Shown: positions 39,404-49,618, counted from the stretch's first letter. The stretch is 64,000 nucleotides of DNA from Candidatus Heimdallarchaeota archaeon (GCA_019057815.1 JAHLWR010000004.1:128001-192000), one strand, 5' to 3'. Notes: generated by a model from the letters alone, not told the origin. A program made the numbers and translations.

Positions 39404-40768
39404 TTATTTAGGAACTGTAAAACCAATAATTCTATAATCTATTTTTTTATCAAATTCCGTTGGATTATATATCCTTCTACCATCTACTACGCAAGGCTTT
39501 TTCATGTGTTTCTCAAAGAATTCAGGCTGTAAAGACTTGAATTCATCCCATTCAGCACATATTATCGCACAATCTGAGTCCTTGAGAACATCTTCAACTG
39601 ATTCAACGAGTGTGATATTTGTTCCATCATCTTTAAAAGCTATTTCAGCTGATTCCTTGGATTTTGGGTCGTAACCTTTGACAATAGCTCCTTCTTTAGT
39701 AGCTTCTGATGCTATCCTTCTACTTGGAGCATAACGCATGTCATCTGTTCCAGGTTTGAATGCAAGTCCCAACAATGATAATGTTTTACCTTCTAGTGAA
39801 CCTATCATCTCTTTAGCCAGAGTTATAGCGTGTAAAGCTGCTCTATCATTGACATCAACTATACCTTGGAGTATTTGAGGTTCAAGCCCTCTTTGACGAG
39901 CAAACGCCATAATGGCATTAACGTCCTTAGGGAAACAGCTTCCTCCCCAACCTAGACCAGATCCTAGGAATCTGTGATTTATTCTATAATCCAGACCAAC
40001 TCCTTTAGCTACCAACCCTATATCAACACCAGGTACAAGTTCAGCTATTTTAGCTAATTCGTTAATAAAAGAGATTTTAGCAGCTAAGAAACAGTTATTA
40101 CCATATTTCACTAATTCTGCACTTTCTATGTTCATTCTTAAAATTGGACATTTTTCTCCAATATGTTCACCATAGAAATCCTCATACAGTTCTTGTAAGA
40201 CTGTTCCGCTCTGTTCATCGTATTCTCCAATAATAATCCTATCGGGCCAAAAAGTATCTTCAATGGATCTTCCTTCAGCGAGAAATTCAGGTTGCATGCA
40301 AAGTCCTATATTCTTTCCAATTTCCTTCCCTGAGTTTTCAGTTAGAGCTTTTCCTACCATGTTCCTTGATGTTCCAGGAACAACTGTAGATCTAACTACA
40401 ACAAGATGATAATTATCTTTCTTTGTTAAAGCTTTACCAATATCCTCTCCAGCTTGTCGCATATAATCCAAATTGATCGATTTGTCAACATGATTGAAAG
40501 GTGTGCCAACTATTATTAAACTGATATCAGATTTCATTACAGCTTCTTCTCTGCTAGTTGTGCAAACCAAATTACCAGCTTTTACAACTTTCTCAAGTAG
40601 TTCGTTTAAACCTTGTTCATAGAATGGTGCAATACCTTTGTTAATTAATTCAGCATTCTTGACGTTTCGAGTGCTGCAGATGGTCTTTATACCTCTATCA
40701 GCGAAACAAACAGCAGTCACCAAACCTACAAAACCTGTTCCAATAATAGAAACTCTAGCTTCTTCCAT
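39404..40768 (-). CDS. ugd: UDP-glucose/GDP-mannose 6-dehydrogenase
   Basis: GTGFVGL, RSTVVPG, PEFLAEG, GWGGSCFPKD, AFKPGTDDMR. Confidence 0.92.
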   Translation of the reverse strand: MEEARVSIIGTGFVGLVTAVCFADRGIKTICSTRNVKNAELINKGIAPFYEQGLNELLEKVVKAGNLVCTTSREEAVMKSDISLIIVGTPFNHVDKSINLDYMRQAGEDIGKALTKKDNYHLVVVRSTVVPGTSRNMVGKALTENSGKEIGKNIGLCMQPEFLAEGRSIEDTFWPDRIIIGEYDEQSGTVLQELYEDFYGEHIGEKCPILRMNIESAELVKYGNNCFLAAKISFINELAKIAELVPGVDIGLVAKGVGLDYRINHRFLGSGLGWGGSCFPKDVNAIMAFARQRGLEPQILQGIVDVNDRAALHAITLAKEMIGSLEGKTLSLLGLAFKPGTDDMRYAPSRRIASEATKEGAIVKGYDPKSKESAEIAFKDDGTNITLVESVEDVLKDSDCAIICAEWDEFKSLQPEFFEKHMKKPCVVDGRRIYNPTEFDKKIDYRIIGFTVPK

Positions 40769-40821
40769 AGCTTCAATATTTTTATAAGTGTTTAAAAATT
40801 AATCTATCGGCATTTATGTTT

Positions 40822-42942
40822 CTAGTATTTGAGTGTAATAGTCTGGAAATAACTGGGGATTGAGATATCTTGGTGTTCTTTCCTAACCACTGTATCCTTG
40901 GGAGTATGTACCATTATCTTCTTTCCGCTTAAATTTTCAATATATTCATCTAAAAGAGGAGCTGAAGTATGACCACTTATTTGAGCAGTGTAGATGTTTT
41001 GCTGATAAAGTTGCGATGAGATTGGGTTAGATGTTCTTAGGGCATATCCTAAAGTATTTGGAGCTTGATACCCACAGAGCAAAACACCTGTTTCAGAATC
41101 TTCTCTTGTTGCTTCCAATAAACGACGGGCTGTACCACCTTGTAACATTCCATTGCCTGCAATTATGATATCTCCTTCTTCAAAATCTTCAGGGTGTAAT
41201 GTTTTTGCAGTTGAATAATCAGCTTTGACTCCCATTAGTTTAGTGATATCAGCAGACATACCTACAACTTTTACTTTATGTTTTTTTGTAACTCGCAATC
41301 TTTCTAATCTCTTTAACATTTCTTGTGATCTACCAATAGAAAAAGCTGGAATAATCAATCTCTTCGATTCTTCAACAGCTTGAAGGATAGAAACATTAGG
41401 ATCTTGAGCGTTAATCTCTCTATTGTAGTAAGTACCGTCGAAAATGGTCAGATCACAATCACTTGGAAATCTTGCTCCTTGGAAAAGCTCATTTCCATCT
41501 AGAGAGAAATCTCCGGTAAAGAAGATTCTTTTACCAAAAATATCTATATCAAAACCAAAACTGCCAAAAATGTGAGCTGCAGGATAAGGTGTGATTTCAA
41601 ATCCTGGGCTAATTTCAATTGATTCTTTAGCTTTAATTTGATGAAAGACGTTAAACAAATTAACTAAATTTGATTCTTGCAAAAATGAACGATTGAGAGC
41701 GGTTAATTGGTTATCAGGTATATTGCTACCTTTGATTATCGAGGTAGTATTATAGAGAAGTTTACTCGTAAGAAGCTTTGTTGACTCACTAGCATACCAG
41801 TTTTTACCATTTTCAGAAGAAATAAAATAAGGTAAACAACCTGTGTGGTCCAAATGAGCGTGCGAAACTAGAACTGTTGAAACAAATCTCAAAGCGGGAT
41901 GCCATCGAGGAATAGAATAATTAGCTACACTAAAACCGCAATCAAGTAAAATAGCGTTGTTATTATGCTGGATTACAATACCCATATTACCTATCCCACC
42001 ACCACCTAGAAAAGTTATTTTTATTTTCTGAGCTTGTTTAGGTGAAGAATAAGCAAGTATAACAGCAAATTTTTGTACCATTTCTTTAGGATATTTCATC
42101 ATTTCTTCTATATTTACAGATTTAGCTTCGATTTTACTTAAATGAGGTTGAAAAACAGGATCTACTTGCATAGGAACAGGAGGATGACCTTCAGATTCAA
42201 ACAGTAATTCGATTTCTTTTTCCAATTGTGCAATAGTTGTTTTTTCTTCCTGTACATGTTTTTTTGCGATGGTTTTTGCAGTGTTGTAAGATAAATCTGA
42301 AAGAGTATTGAAATCTACAAAGAAGTCCAAATAGTTCAATACTGTGGAAGAAACGCTATCAGCAAGCTCTTCAATGTATTGATGTCTAGTGAGAAGATTT
42401 TTACTTGTTCTTTCAATATTTATACATAATTCCTCCTCACTTCTATCCAAAATGGTATTGAATTTTAATTCAGAACAATATTCACTAAAATCGCTGTAAA
42501 AGATCGGTTTGAAACCTATTTCTCTAGAGAAATGCAGATAGCTGAGATAACTGATTTTTTGGGGCTTTTTACCAGAATTTACCAGAATTTCATTTATCCA
42601 AAAGAATACTATCAAATCTTTGTGAGAGATTTTCTCTTCCTTAAACAAATTCTGCAAAACAGCACGATAAGTCTCAAAATTGAGTAAGTCTTTAAAATGC
42701 AAACCTGCGAGATAAGCAGGAATTAAATCCGAATATTCACTGTCTTTTTCGTTCCAAGAGAGTTTGAAAGTATTAATAATATCTTGATTATCACATAAGT
42801 AATAACTATCGGAGCTCTTTGTTTTGTAGTTATTTATCTCATTGATTATGTCTAAATAAATAACGTCAGTTTTTTTGCTGTCTATTCGAATATTCTCCTT
42901 TTCTTGTAATAATATATCTGTAAAATCTAAGATGTTTGTCAT
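40822..42942 (-). CDS. MBL-fold beta-CASP nuclease (CPSF/RNase J-like) with long N-terminal extension
   Basis: LLDCG, SHAHLDH, AAHIFGS, FTGDF, AFSIGRSQE, GYQA, SGH, VH. Confidence 0.85.
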   Translation of the reverse strand: MTNILDFTDILLQEKENIRIDSKKTDVIYLDIINEINNYKTKSSDSYYLCDNQDIINTFKLSWNEKDSEYSDLIPAYLAGLHFKDLLNFETYRAVLQNLFKEEKISHKDLIVFFWINEILVNSGKKPQKISYLSYLHFSREIGFKPIFYSDFSEYCSELKFNTILDRSEEELCINIERTSKNLLTRHQYIEELADSVSSTVLNYLDFFVDFNTLSDLSYNTAKTIAKKHVQEEKTTIAQLEKEIELLFESEGHPPVPMQVDPVFQPHLSKIEAKSVNIEEMMKYPKEMVQKFAVILAYSSPKQAQKIKITFLGGGGIGNMGIVIQHNNNAILLDCGFSVANYSIPRWHPALRFVSTVLVSHAHLDHTGCLPYFISSENGKNWYASESTKLLTSKLLYNTTSIIKGSNIPDNQLTALNRSFLQESNLVNLFNVFHQIKAKESIEISPGFEITPYPAAHIFGSFGFDIDIFGKRIFFTGDFSLDGNELFQGARFPSDCDLTIFDGTYYNREINAQDPNVSILQAVEESKRLIIPAFSIGRSQEMLKRLERLRVTKKHKVKVVGMSADITKLMGVKADYSTAKTLHPEDFEEGDIIIAGNGMLQGGTARRLLEATREDSETGVLLCGYQAPNTLGYALRTSNPISSQLYQQNIYTAQISGHTSAPLLDEYIENLSGKKIMVHTPKDTVVRKEHQDISIPSYFQTITLKY

Positions 42943-43073
42943 GATTATCCACATTAAATGATATTGGAACAATGTTAATTTGATGAACTACTCCCAACTA
43001 AAGGAAGGATACTTCTGTGATGTTCAGCTAAATCTAGTGCTTGTAATTGAAAAAAGTGAGGAGAAAATTCAAT

Positions 43074-43943
43074 TTATTCCTCTTCGTCTTCTCTTGTATC
43101 GCTTTCTAATAATCCACTGAAAGCATCACGAAGTTCGCTTTGAAGAGCTTCTTTCATTTGTGTTGTAGATCTTTGAGGAGCTGTGGGAGCGACAGGTGCA
43201 GGTTCAAATGGAGAATCATCATCCATTTTATCAGACCTTGCTTGTAATTTCTGTTTTAATTCAGATTGGTAACCAAAAGGTGAAGCACCTGCACCACTTT
43301 CTAAAGCTTCCTTGTTTTGCGCTGCTTGTCGTTCTTTTTTATGTTCTTCAGGATCAATTTTAGTAAGACCCTCTATTGCGCCAGTAATCATGGAAGATGA
43401 TGGACCACCCATTGGGTCTGTAGGAGCTGGACCTGCTGATTCACCCGGACCTCCTGGACCTGCTGATTCACCCGGACCTCCTGGACCTGCTGATTCACCC
43501 GGACCTCCTGGACCTGCTGGTCTTTCTGAAGGAGGAGCTTTTGATAAGGAACCTGCCATATTAGCTATCTCACTTGCAAATCCTGATCCAGCTAAAGGAT
43601 TTCCACCTTGCGGAGGATCACTTGAGGGACTTGGAGTTGAGGGTGCGGCAGATAAATTTGGTGCTCCGATGGAATCACCAGGAGGAGCTGCAGCAGATAA
43701 ATTTGGTGCTGCTGCTGAAGGAGGAGCACCACTTGAAACAGAAGGACTTGCCATTGGTCTTCCACCTTCAAGAGCTAAAATTCTATTCTCTAATGAAGCT
43801 AAAGCATCTTCCATTCTTTCAGTAGACTTAACCATAATGGAACCTATGCTTTCAATTAACTTTGTAACTTTCAAGATAGCTTTTTTTGAGGATGCAGAAC
43901 TTCCAGATGAAAGTAAGCCATCTAGATAATCATCAAGTGACAT
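43074..43943 (-). CDS. Coiled-coil, Pro/Gly-rich protein with WH2-like motifs and acidic tail
   Basis: N-terminal heptads; low-complexity linkers; FASEI..GSLSKA, MITGAIEGLTKI and QSEL twice; DTREDEEE end. Confidence 0.7.
   Translation of the reverse strand: MSLDDYLDGLLSSGSSASSKKAILKVTKLIESIGSIMVKSTERMEDALASLENRILALEGGRPMASPSVSSGAPPSAAAPNLSAAAPPGDSIGAPNLSAAPSTPSPSSDPPQGGNPLAGSGFASEIANMAGSLSKAPPSERPAGPGGPGESAGPGGPGESAGPGGPGESAGPAPTDPMGGPSSSMITGAIEGLTKIDPEEHKKERQAAQNKEALESGAGASPFGYQSELKQKLQARSDKMDDDSPFEPAPVAPTAPQRSTTQMKEALQSELRDAFSGLLESDTREDEEE
43427..43519. repeat. Perfect 27-bp tandem repeat (3.4 copies) encoding AGPGGPGES
   Basis: ctggacctgctgattcacccggacctc three times plus a partial copy. 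Confidence 0.95.
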
Positions 43944-44058
43944 TATATCAAGATAACTCTAGAAAGGAAATATAAAAAGTCTATGATTATGTTAGACTTC
44001 TACCAAAGGTTTAGTTAAAAGACTAAAGCAAGTTTTAACAAAAAGTTTCGATGGATAT

Positions 44059-45081
44059 TCAACCAAAAATTTCTGATAATATTTCAATCACTCTTCCTAT
44101 GTCCTCTATTGTGATTCCATAATAAGTAACAAACCTTAGAAGATTATCACCCATTAAAGTTGCTAAAGCACCCTTATTTGATAGTTTTTTAATTGCTGTG
44201 TTAGCATTGAAGGAGGAATTGGAAGTATCAACGATTACAATATTTGTATCAGTGGGTTTAATTTTGAGTTCTGGAAATTGTAGTAAACATTTTTCTAACA
44301 TCTTAGCAAGTTTATGATCCTCAGAAAGACGGTCAATCATATTGTTAAGGGCATAAATTCCAGGAGCAGCAATGATACCAGCTTGTCTCATTCCCCCGCC
44401 TAGAACTTTTCTGTTCTTTCTAGCTTTGTGAATGAATTCTTCCGTTCCAACAACTACAGAACCAACAGGGCACCCCAGTCCTTTACTCAAACAGATTTGA
44501 ACACTATCAACGTTTTCAACTATTTTTGATGCAGGAAGACCAGTAGCTACTGAAGCATTAAAAATTCGTGCACCATCCATATGAACAGATGCACCATTAT
44601 CATGAGCTATCTGAGATAAAGTATCAATATTCTGCTTAGGGATAATCTTCCCTCCTCCCCTGTTGTGAGTGTTCTCTAGACATAATAGCTTTGGTTCTAC
44701 CCAGTGAACATTGTAATCTCTCGTGAATAAAGATTCTACGTCTTGTGGGTCCATTAATCCATCTTCCCCTTCAATAAGATAAGGATAAGCTCCGACTATT
44801 TGACCTATCCCCCCAACTTCGTACATGTAGATGTGACACTCAGATTCCAGTACTAATCCCTCTCCTCTATTGAGATGAGTCATTTCAGAAACAAGATTTC
44901 CTTGAGTTCCACTCGAAACAAGCAATCCTGCTTCTTTTCCTAAAATCTTAGCTGTTAAAGCTTCTAACTCAATAACAGTAGGGTCTTCCCCCCAAACGTC
45001 ATCTCCTAATTTTGCACTAATTATTGTATCCATCATTTCTTTTGAAGGTAATGAAAAGGTATCAGAACGAAGATCAATCAT
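44059..45081 (-). CDS. ltaE: Low-specificity L-threonine aldolase
   Basis: DLRSDT, GDDVWGEDP, LENTHN, HMDGARIFNA, CLSKGLG, GGGMRQAG. Confidence 0.93.
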   Translation of the reverse strand: MIDLRSDTFSLPSKEMMDTIISAKLGDDVWGEDPTVIELEALTAKILGKEAGLLVSSGTQGNLVSEMTHLNRGEGLVLESECHIYMYEVGGIGQIVGAYPYLIEGEDGLMDPQDVESLFTRDYNVHWVEPKLLCLENTHNRGGGKIIPKQNIDTLSQIAHDNGASVHMDGARIFNASVATGLPASKIVENVDSVQICLSKGLGCPVGSVVVGTEEFIHKARKNRKVLGGGMRQAGIIAAPGIYALNNMIDRLSEDHKLAKMLEKCLLQFPELKIKPTDTNIVIVDTSNSSFNANTAIKKLSNKGALATLMGDNLLRFVTYYGITIEDIGRVIEILSEIFG

Positions 45082-45174
45082 AAGAGAGAGAGAAATAAAA
45101 ATGTTTTAAGTTTAACTGATGCCAACTATATTATTTGGAAAATAGTTATTATTGAGAAAATCTTGTTGTGGTTA

Positions 45175-45936
45175 ATGACTAAACTGTATACAAAATATGC
45201 CAAAATCTATCATGAGATGTATCAATCTATTTTTGATTATGAAGAAGATTTCAAGTTGTTTCATAAGATATTAGAGAAATCAAACTGTAAGAAAATACTG
45301 GAATTGGGGTGTGGGAGTGGTAATTTAGCTCCTTATTTCACAAAGGCTGGTTATGATTATACTGGTTTAGATATTGCAGAGGAAATGTTGGACATTGCCA
45401 AAAAACTAAATCCTAAAACCTCTTTCGTCTATGGAGATATGAGAAATTTAGATCTAAGAGAATCCTATGAAGCGATTATTATAACAGGACGATCTTTTTG
45501 TTACATGACAACAAATGATGATGTTATGAGAGCTCTATCGTCAATTAATCAAGCTTTAGCTGAAAATGGATGGCTAATTTTCGATAACTTTAATGCTAAT
45601 ATTATTTTTTTAGATTTCCAAGAAAAAATGTTCCACGAAAGTAGATATGGAAATCGCTACTACAAAAGAACGAGCAATACAAGAATGACATTAGAGCATG
45701 GTTGGACATGGGATTGGCATGCCATTTATGAAGTAGAGGAAGATGGAAAAAAGGAAACTTTTGAGGATAATACAATTCTAAGAGCCTTTACTGAGGATGA
45801 GTTGGGATTATATCTTAAAATGAATGGTTTCAAAATTGGAGAAGTAATACGAGAGGATCCAGGAATAGTGATTGTTGCTCAAAAATCAGAAATAAAGCAA
45901 ACAGTAGCAAGAAAACAATATTTTCGCTTACGTTGA
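45175..45936 (+). CDS. Class I SAM-dependent methyltransferase
   Basis: LELGCGSG, GLD, GDMR. Confidence 0.88.
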   Translation: MTKLYTKYAKIYHEMYQSIFDYEEDFKLFHKILEKSNCKKILELGCGSGNLAPYFTKAGYDYTGLDIAEEMLDIAKKLNPKTSFVYGDMRNLDLRESYEAIIITGRSFCYMTTNDDVMRALSSINQALAENGWLIFDNFNANIIFLDFQEKMFHESRYGNRYYKRTSNTRMTLEHGWTWDWHAIYEVEEDGKKETFEDNTILRAFTEDELGLYLKMNGFKIGEVIREDPGIVIVAQKSEIKQTVARKQYFRLR

Positions 45937-45963
45937 AATAAGTAGATAAAAAGAAGTAAAAAG

Positions 45964-47514
45964 TTAAAGAAACTTAATCGGTTCTGGTATCTCATCCACA
46001 TATTTAAGGAAACTTTCAGGCCAATTTTTCCTATCTAGTCCTTTTTGAGCAATAAATGCTGTAAGGATTCTCTCGAAAGATCCTCCACCACATCCAGACC
46101 ACAATTCTATGTTTCCTTCAGCTTTTACTGTGAATCCTTTAGGATATTTATGACCAATGATAGAGATGTTTTGTATCTCTAACCATTCACTATCTTCTCT
46201 TGAACCTCTGTAAGGCATATAGGTTTCGTAGTCAATTGTTCCTACAATCAATTCATCTTCAACACTTGTTTCACCTTGAGAAGCTTGTTCAAGCCACCAA
46301 GGCATAACTCTTGCTTCTCGAACTTCAAGTTCCAGAACTTTTTCAAACACTTCTCTTATTTTATATCTGGTTTCAACACCTATTTTCTTGACTTGTTCGG
46401 GAGATCCAATAAACAATGTCTCAATTCTATGTAGTTCATCTACTCTTTCAAAACCAAAAGCTGAACCTGATTCGTAACGATATGTGGGACCACTCCAATC
46501 ATAAATTTTGATTGGGAGGCTTTCTTTTGCTAAAGTCTTACCTTGTAACCAAGGCCAGAAAGGTGGACATTGGGCATAGGAGAGACCACCAATAGGAGCT
46601 GTGATTTTATCGGACAGCTTCTCTGCTGGTATCGTCTTAGTTATCTTTATGAAATCAGCTATTTCTTCAAATAACTCAGGATTTGCTTCCTTAGGTTGAA
46701 CAACAAAATATGGTTCGAATCCTCCTTGATAAAGCCCCTCTGCATGGCCTGATCTCAACCAGACAGACCAATCAACAAGTTTAGGAATCATCATCTGATG
46801 AAAGCATAGCGGCTGATAAACTACATCTACCATTATTTTCTTTACAGCTTCTGCAAGAGTTGTGATAGAAGGTGAAAGAATCCATTGATTACGATAATTT
46901 GTACGATGAATCCAGTTAGCTTTTTGGAGTAGTGTTGTAGGGTTATCATCTGTATAAAGTTCTCTTTCACCGGAATACCAGACTATTTCATGATGTTCTT
47001 TTTTTGCACCATGCATTTGTTTAGAGATTTTTTCACTTACAAGTTTTATTATTCTTTCAACTGCTCCTTTTTCAATGAAATCTTCCTCCATCTTAGGATC
47101 AATTGTAATTAAAGCTATTTTTTTACCTTTAACCTCTTTGAACTCTATTGACTCGGTTAGAGGAAGAGAGAAAGCGCTTTCAGGTATAGTTTCAATTTCA
47201 GTTTCAATAACATATTTAATGAATTCAAAACCTCTTACTCCAACTCGAAATTTCTTACCTATAGCTGGACCAAGTTGTTTACGGATTCTCAAAATAGCTA
47301 CATGAGGAGAAATAGAGTTGTCTGAAGAAATATCTATTTTTAATTTCATATCTCCAATTTTCCATTTTTCGATTTTGAACTTGCCTTCTTCTTTAGTTTG
47401 ATTGATTTTTGATGTAAAATCATTAAAGAATTTAGTGAGTTCTTCTTCACTTTCAGAAGGTAAAGTTCCACTAAGGATAAAGGATGCTTCTAGATATTGT
47501 TTCATTATTGTCAT
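45964..47514 (-). CDS. serS: Seryl-tRNA synthetase, methanogen (zinc-dependent, type 2) class
   Basis: YAQCPPFW, SGPTYRYE, ERVDELHRIE, WLEIQN, WSGCGG..FER; N-terminal RVGVRG domain. Confidence 0.88.
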   Translation of the reverse strand: MTIMKQYLEASFILSGTLPSESEEELTKFFNDFTSKINQTKEEGKFKIEKWKIGDMKLKIDISSDNSISPHVAILRIRKQLGPAIGKKFRVGVRGFEFIKYVIETEIETIPESAFSLPLTESIEFKEVKGKKIALITIDPKMEEDFIEKGAVERIIKLVSEKISKQMHGAKKEHHEIVWYSGERELYTDDNPTTLLQKANWIHRTNYRNQWILSPSITTLAEAVKKIMVDVVYQPLCFHQMMIPKLVDWSVWLRSGHAEGLYQGGFEPYFVVQPKEANPELFEEIADFIKITKTIPAEKLSDKITAPIGGLSYAQCPPFWPWLQGKTLAKESLPIKIYDWSGPTYRYESGSAFGFERVDELHRIETLFIGSPEQVKKIGVETRYKIREVFEKVLELEVREARVMPWWLEQASQGETSVEDELIVGTIDYETYMPYRGSREDSEWLEIQNISIIGHKYPKGFTVKAEGNIELWSGCGGGSFERILTAFIAQKGLDRKNWPESFLKYVDEIPEPIKFL

Positions 47515-47550
47515 TCTAGAATAATTTATAGCTATTTTAACTGTTATGGC

Positions 47551-47857
47551 AGAAGTCCCATTACTTTAGGTGGGGGATGAATGCTAGATGGTTTACTTTA
47601 GTATAGAATCAGCTTTTTATACTGAAAAAAGAACTAAGAGGATGAACTTATGCTAACCTACAAAGTGCAACTGTACCCTAGTAAACAGCAACAAGCAAAA
47701 TTCATTGAACAGTTGGATATTTGTAGAAAACTCTATAATAAACTATTAGAAGAGTACAAGAAAGCGCGAGAGAAGGGAGAAAAAATCACACAGATCAAAA
47801 CTCAATTTTTTATAGTTTCACTAAAAAACAACTCTATGCCTGAATTGAAGGAGCGTT
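47551..47857 (+). mobile_element. IS200/IS605-family remnant: left-end hairpin plus truncated tnpB
   Basis: GAAGTCCCATTACTTTAGGTGGGGGATGAAT end motif followed by a tnpB N-terminus. Confidence 0.75.
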
Positions 47858-47913
47858 TCAATGGTTATTGCTCTTTTTTTTGTCTTTTTCAGTTCTTAAA
47901 TAGTCCATTATAA
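47650..47913 (+). pseudogene. tnpB: Truncated TnpB (HTH_OrfB N-terminus only)
   Basis: TYKVQLYPSKQQ...CRKLYNKLL...PELKE; then reads into the antisense of the next gene; no RuvC domain. Confidence 0.8.
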
Positions 47914-49618
47914 CATCCTTGAGATAATCTTCTGTTACTCTAACATCACTTACGAACTTTCCATCATCCATCATTAAATGACGAAAACCTGGTCGAAGTA
48001 GAGTCAAGTCATGAGAGCATATTATCATTGTTGTTTTATGAAGTTTAACTGTGTTTATTAGAAGATCAACAATTATCCTAGCTAATTCGCTATCAACGTT
48101 GGCTGTGGGTTCATCTGCTAGAAGTATAGGAGTATATCTATTCAAAGCGACTGCAAGGCTTACTCTTTGCATTTCACCTGAAGAAAGTTCATCAGGGTAG
48201 TATTGAAACTTATGGTCAATCATACATTGTTTAGCTGTTTCTATAGCGATATCTTTATTGAATCTAGATTTCAAGAAGAGAAATGGAATAATCATATTAT
48301 CTCTAACAGATATAGGACTGAATAGATTGGATAATTGTGTGATAAAAGCAATGTTCTTTAATCTGAAATCTGCTCTAGCATCGTCATCTTCCTCTCCTAG
48401 CTCAAAACCATTTATTTTGATAGTTCCTTCATTTTGCTTTAAGAGTCCGGCTAGAAGATTCATGAAAGTAGTTTTACCTACTCCTGAAGGTCCAGAAATA
48501 AAGATGAAATCACCTTGGTTAACAGTTAGATTCATCTCTTTCAAGACAAGATGAAATCCTGCTTCTGATTGATAACCTTTCGTTAACTCTCTTATTTCTA
48601 TAATTGGTTTTGTATCTTTAGTTGGTTCAAATATTCTGCTGAACAAGTGTTTAACATCGTCATATTGAGTACCTTTTTCTTCTAGTATTTGTTCATCTTC
48701 TGACGTGACCAAAGATTCAAAGATTTCTTCTCTATTATAGTTTTCAGGATTCCACATAATAGCTAGCTTTCTAGAAGGGTGGACTTCAAATTCAGCAGTA
48801 GATCTTATAGCAATAGCTGCTCTAACTGTATCAGGAATACGAACAAGATTTGAGCTGTCAACATGGACTTTCTTTAAACTAGAAGCACCATGTAAAAAGT
48901 CAAGTTCTTTTTTGCTAGAATCTTTTTGGATACCAACAAGGCGACCGTCCTGAATTAGGTAGCTTTTCTCAAAAACGTTTCGGAACCTAATGTCATGGGT
49001 GACTACAAGAACTGTTTTTCCTGTTTCTCTATTGATATTTCTCATGCTTTCAATAACGTCCAGAGTATTTTTTGTATCTAGCTGACCTGTGGGTTCGTCC
49101 GCCAGAAGTAATGGATTATCATGTTTAGCTAATGCTGTACCTATGCTTAGTCTTATAGCTTCCCCTCCTGAGATTTTAGTTACTTTATTATCTTTTACAT
49201 GCGAAAGATTGAGGATTTCTAGTATCTCTTTTACTTCTTTTTTTGCTTCCTCTCTAGGTTGGTAAAACATCTTCTTTAACATTAGCAGATTCTCCTCTAC
49301 AGTTAATCTAGCAAAGATATTTCTACCTACGAATTGGTTGACCATACCGATATTCTCGAATCTGAATTGTCTTCTTTCTTTATCTGTCATCAAATCTAGT
49401 CTTTGATTGTTTACAGTTATCATACCACCTGATGGAGTGTCATTTCCTGATAGTAAGTTAGTTAAAGTGGTTTTTCCAGCACCTGAAGGACCAATGATGG
49501 AGACTAACTCTCCTTCATTTATGGTCATATTTATTCCTCTTAGAGCAGGTACTCTATACTCTGTGACCGGATCATAATATATCTTCATTACATCAACACA
49601 TTCTAACATTTTTTTCAC
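47858..49618 (-). CDS. Tandem-NBD ABC ATPase with central AbrB-like domain (paralog of 33856-35598)
   Basis: Same two Walker A motifs and shared VVTHDIRFRNVFEKS and CSHDLTLLRPGFRH. Confidence 0.88.
   Translation of the reverse strand: MKKMLECVDVMKIYYDPVTEYRVPALRGINMTINEGELVSIIGPSGAGKTTLTNLLSGNDTPSGGMITVNNQRLDLMTDKERRQFRFENIGMVNQFVGRNIFARLTVEENLLMLKKMFYQPREEAKKEVKEILEILNLSHVKDNKVTKISGGEAIRLSIGTALAKHDNPLLLADEPTGQLDTKNTLDVIESMRNINRETGKTVLVVTHDIRFRNVFEKSYLIQDGRLVGIQKDSSKKELDFLHGASSLKKVHVDSSNLVRIPDTVRAAIAIRSTAEFEVHPSRKLAIMWNPENYNREEIFESLVTSEDEQILEEKGTQYDDVKHLFSRIFEPTKDTKPIIEIRELTKGYQSEAGFHLVLKEMNLTVNQGDFIFISGPSGVGKTTFMNLLAGLLKQNEGTIKINGFELGEEDDDARADFRLKNIAFITQLSNLFSPISVRDNMIIPFLFLKSRFNKDIAIETAKQCMIDHKFQYYPDELSSGEMQRVSLAVALNRYTPILLADEPTANVDSELARIIVDLLINTVKLHKTTMIICSHDLTLLRPGFRHLMMDDGKFVSDVRVTEDYLKDVIMDYLRTEKDKKKSNNH

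Noticed and set aside
43427-43519. CRISPR array
   Set aside because: Head-to-tail in-frame repeat with no spacers and no cas genes.
43312-43929. 205 aa collagen-like plus-strand ORF
   Set aside because: Antisense shadow of the Pro/Gly-rich gene.
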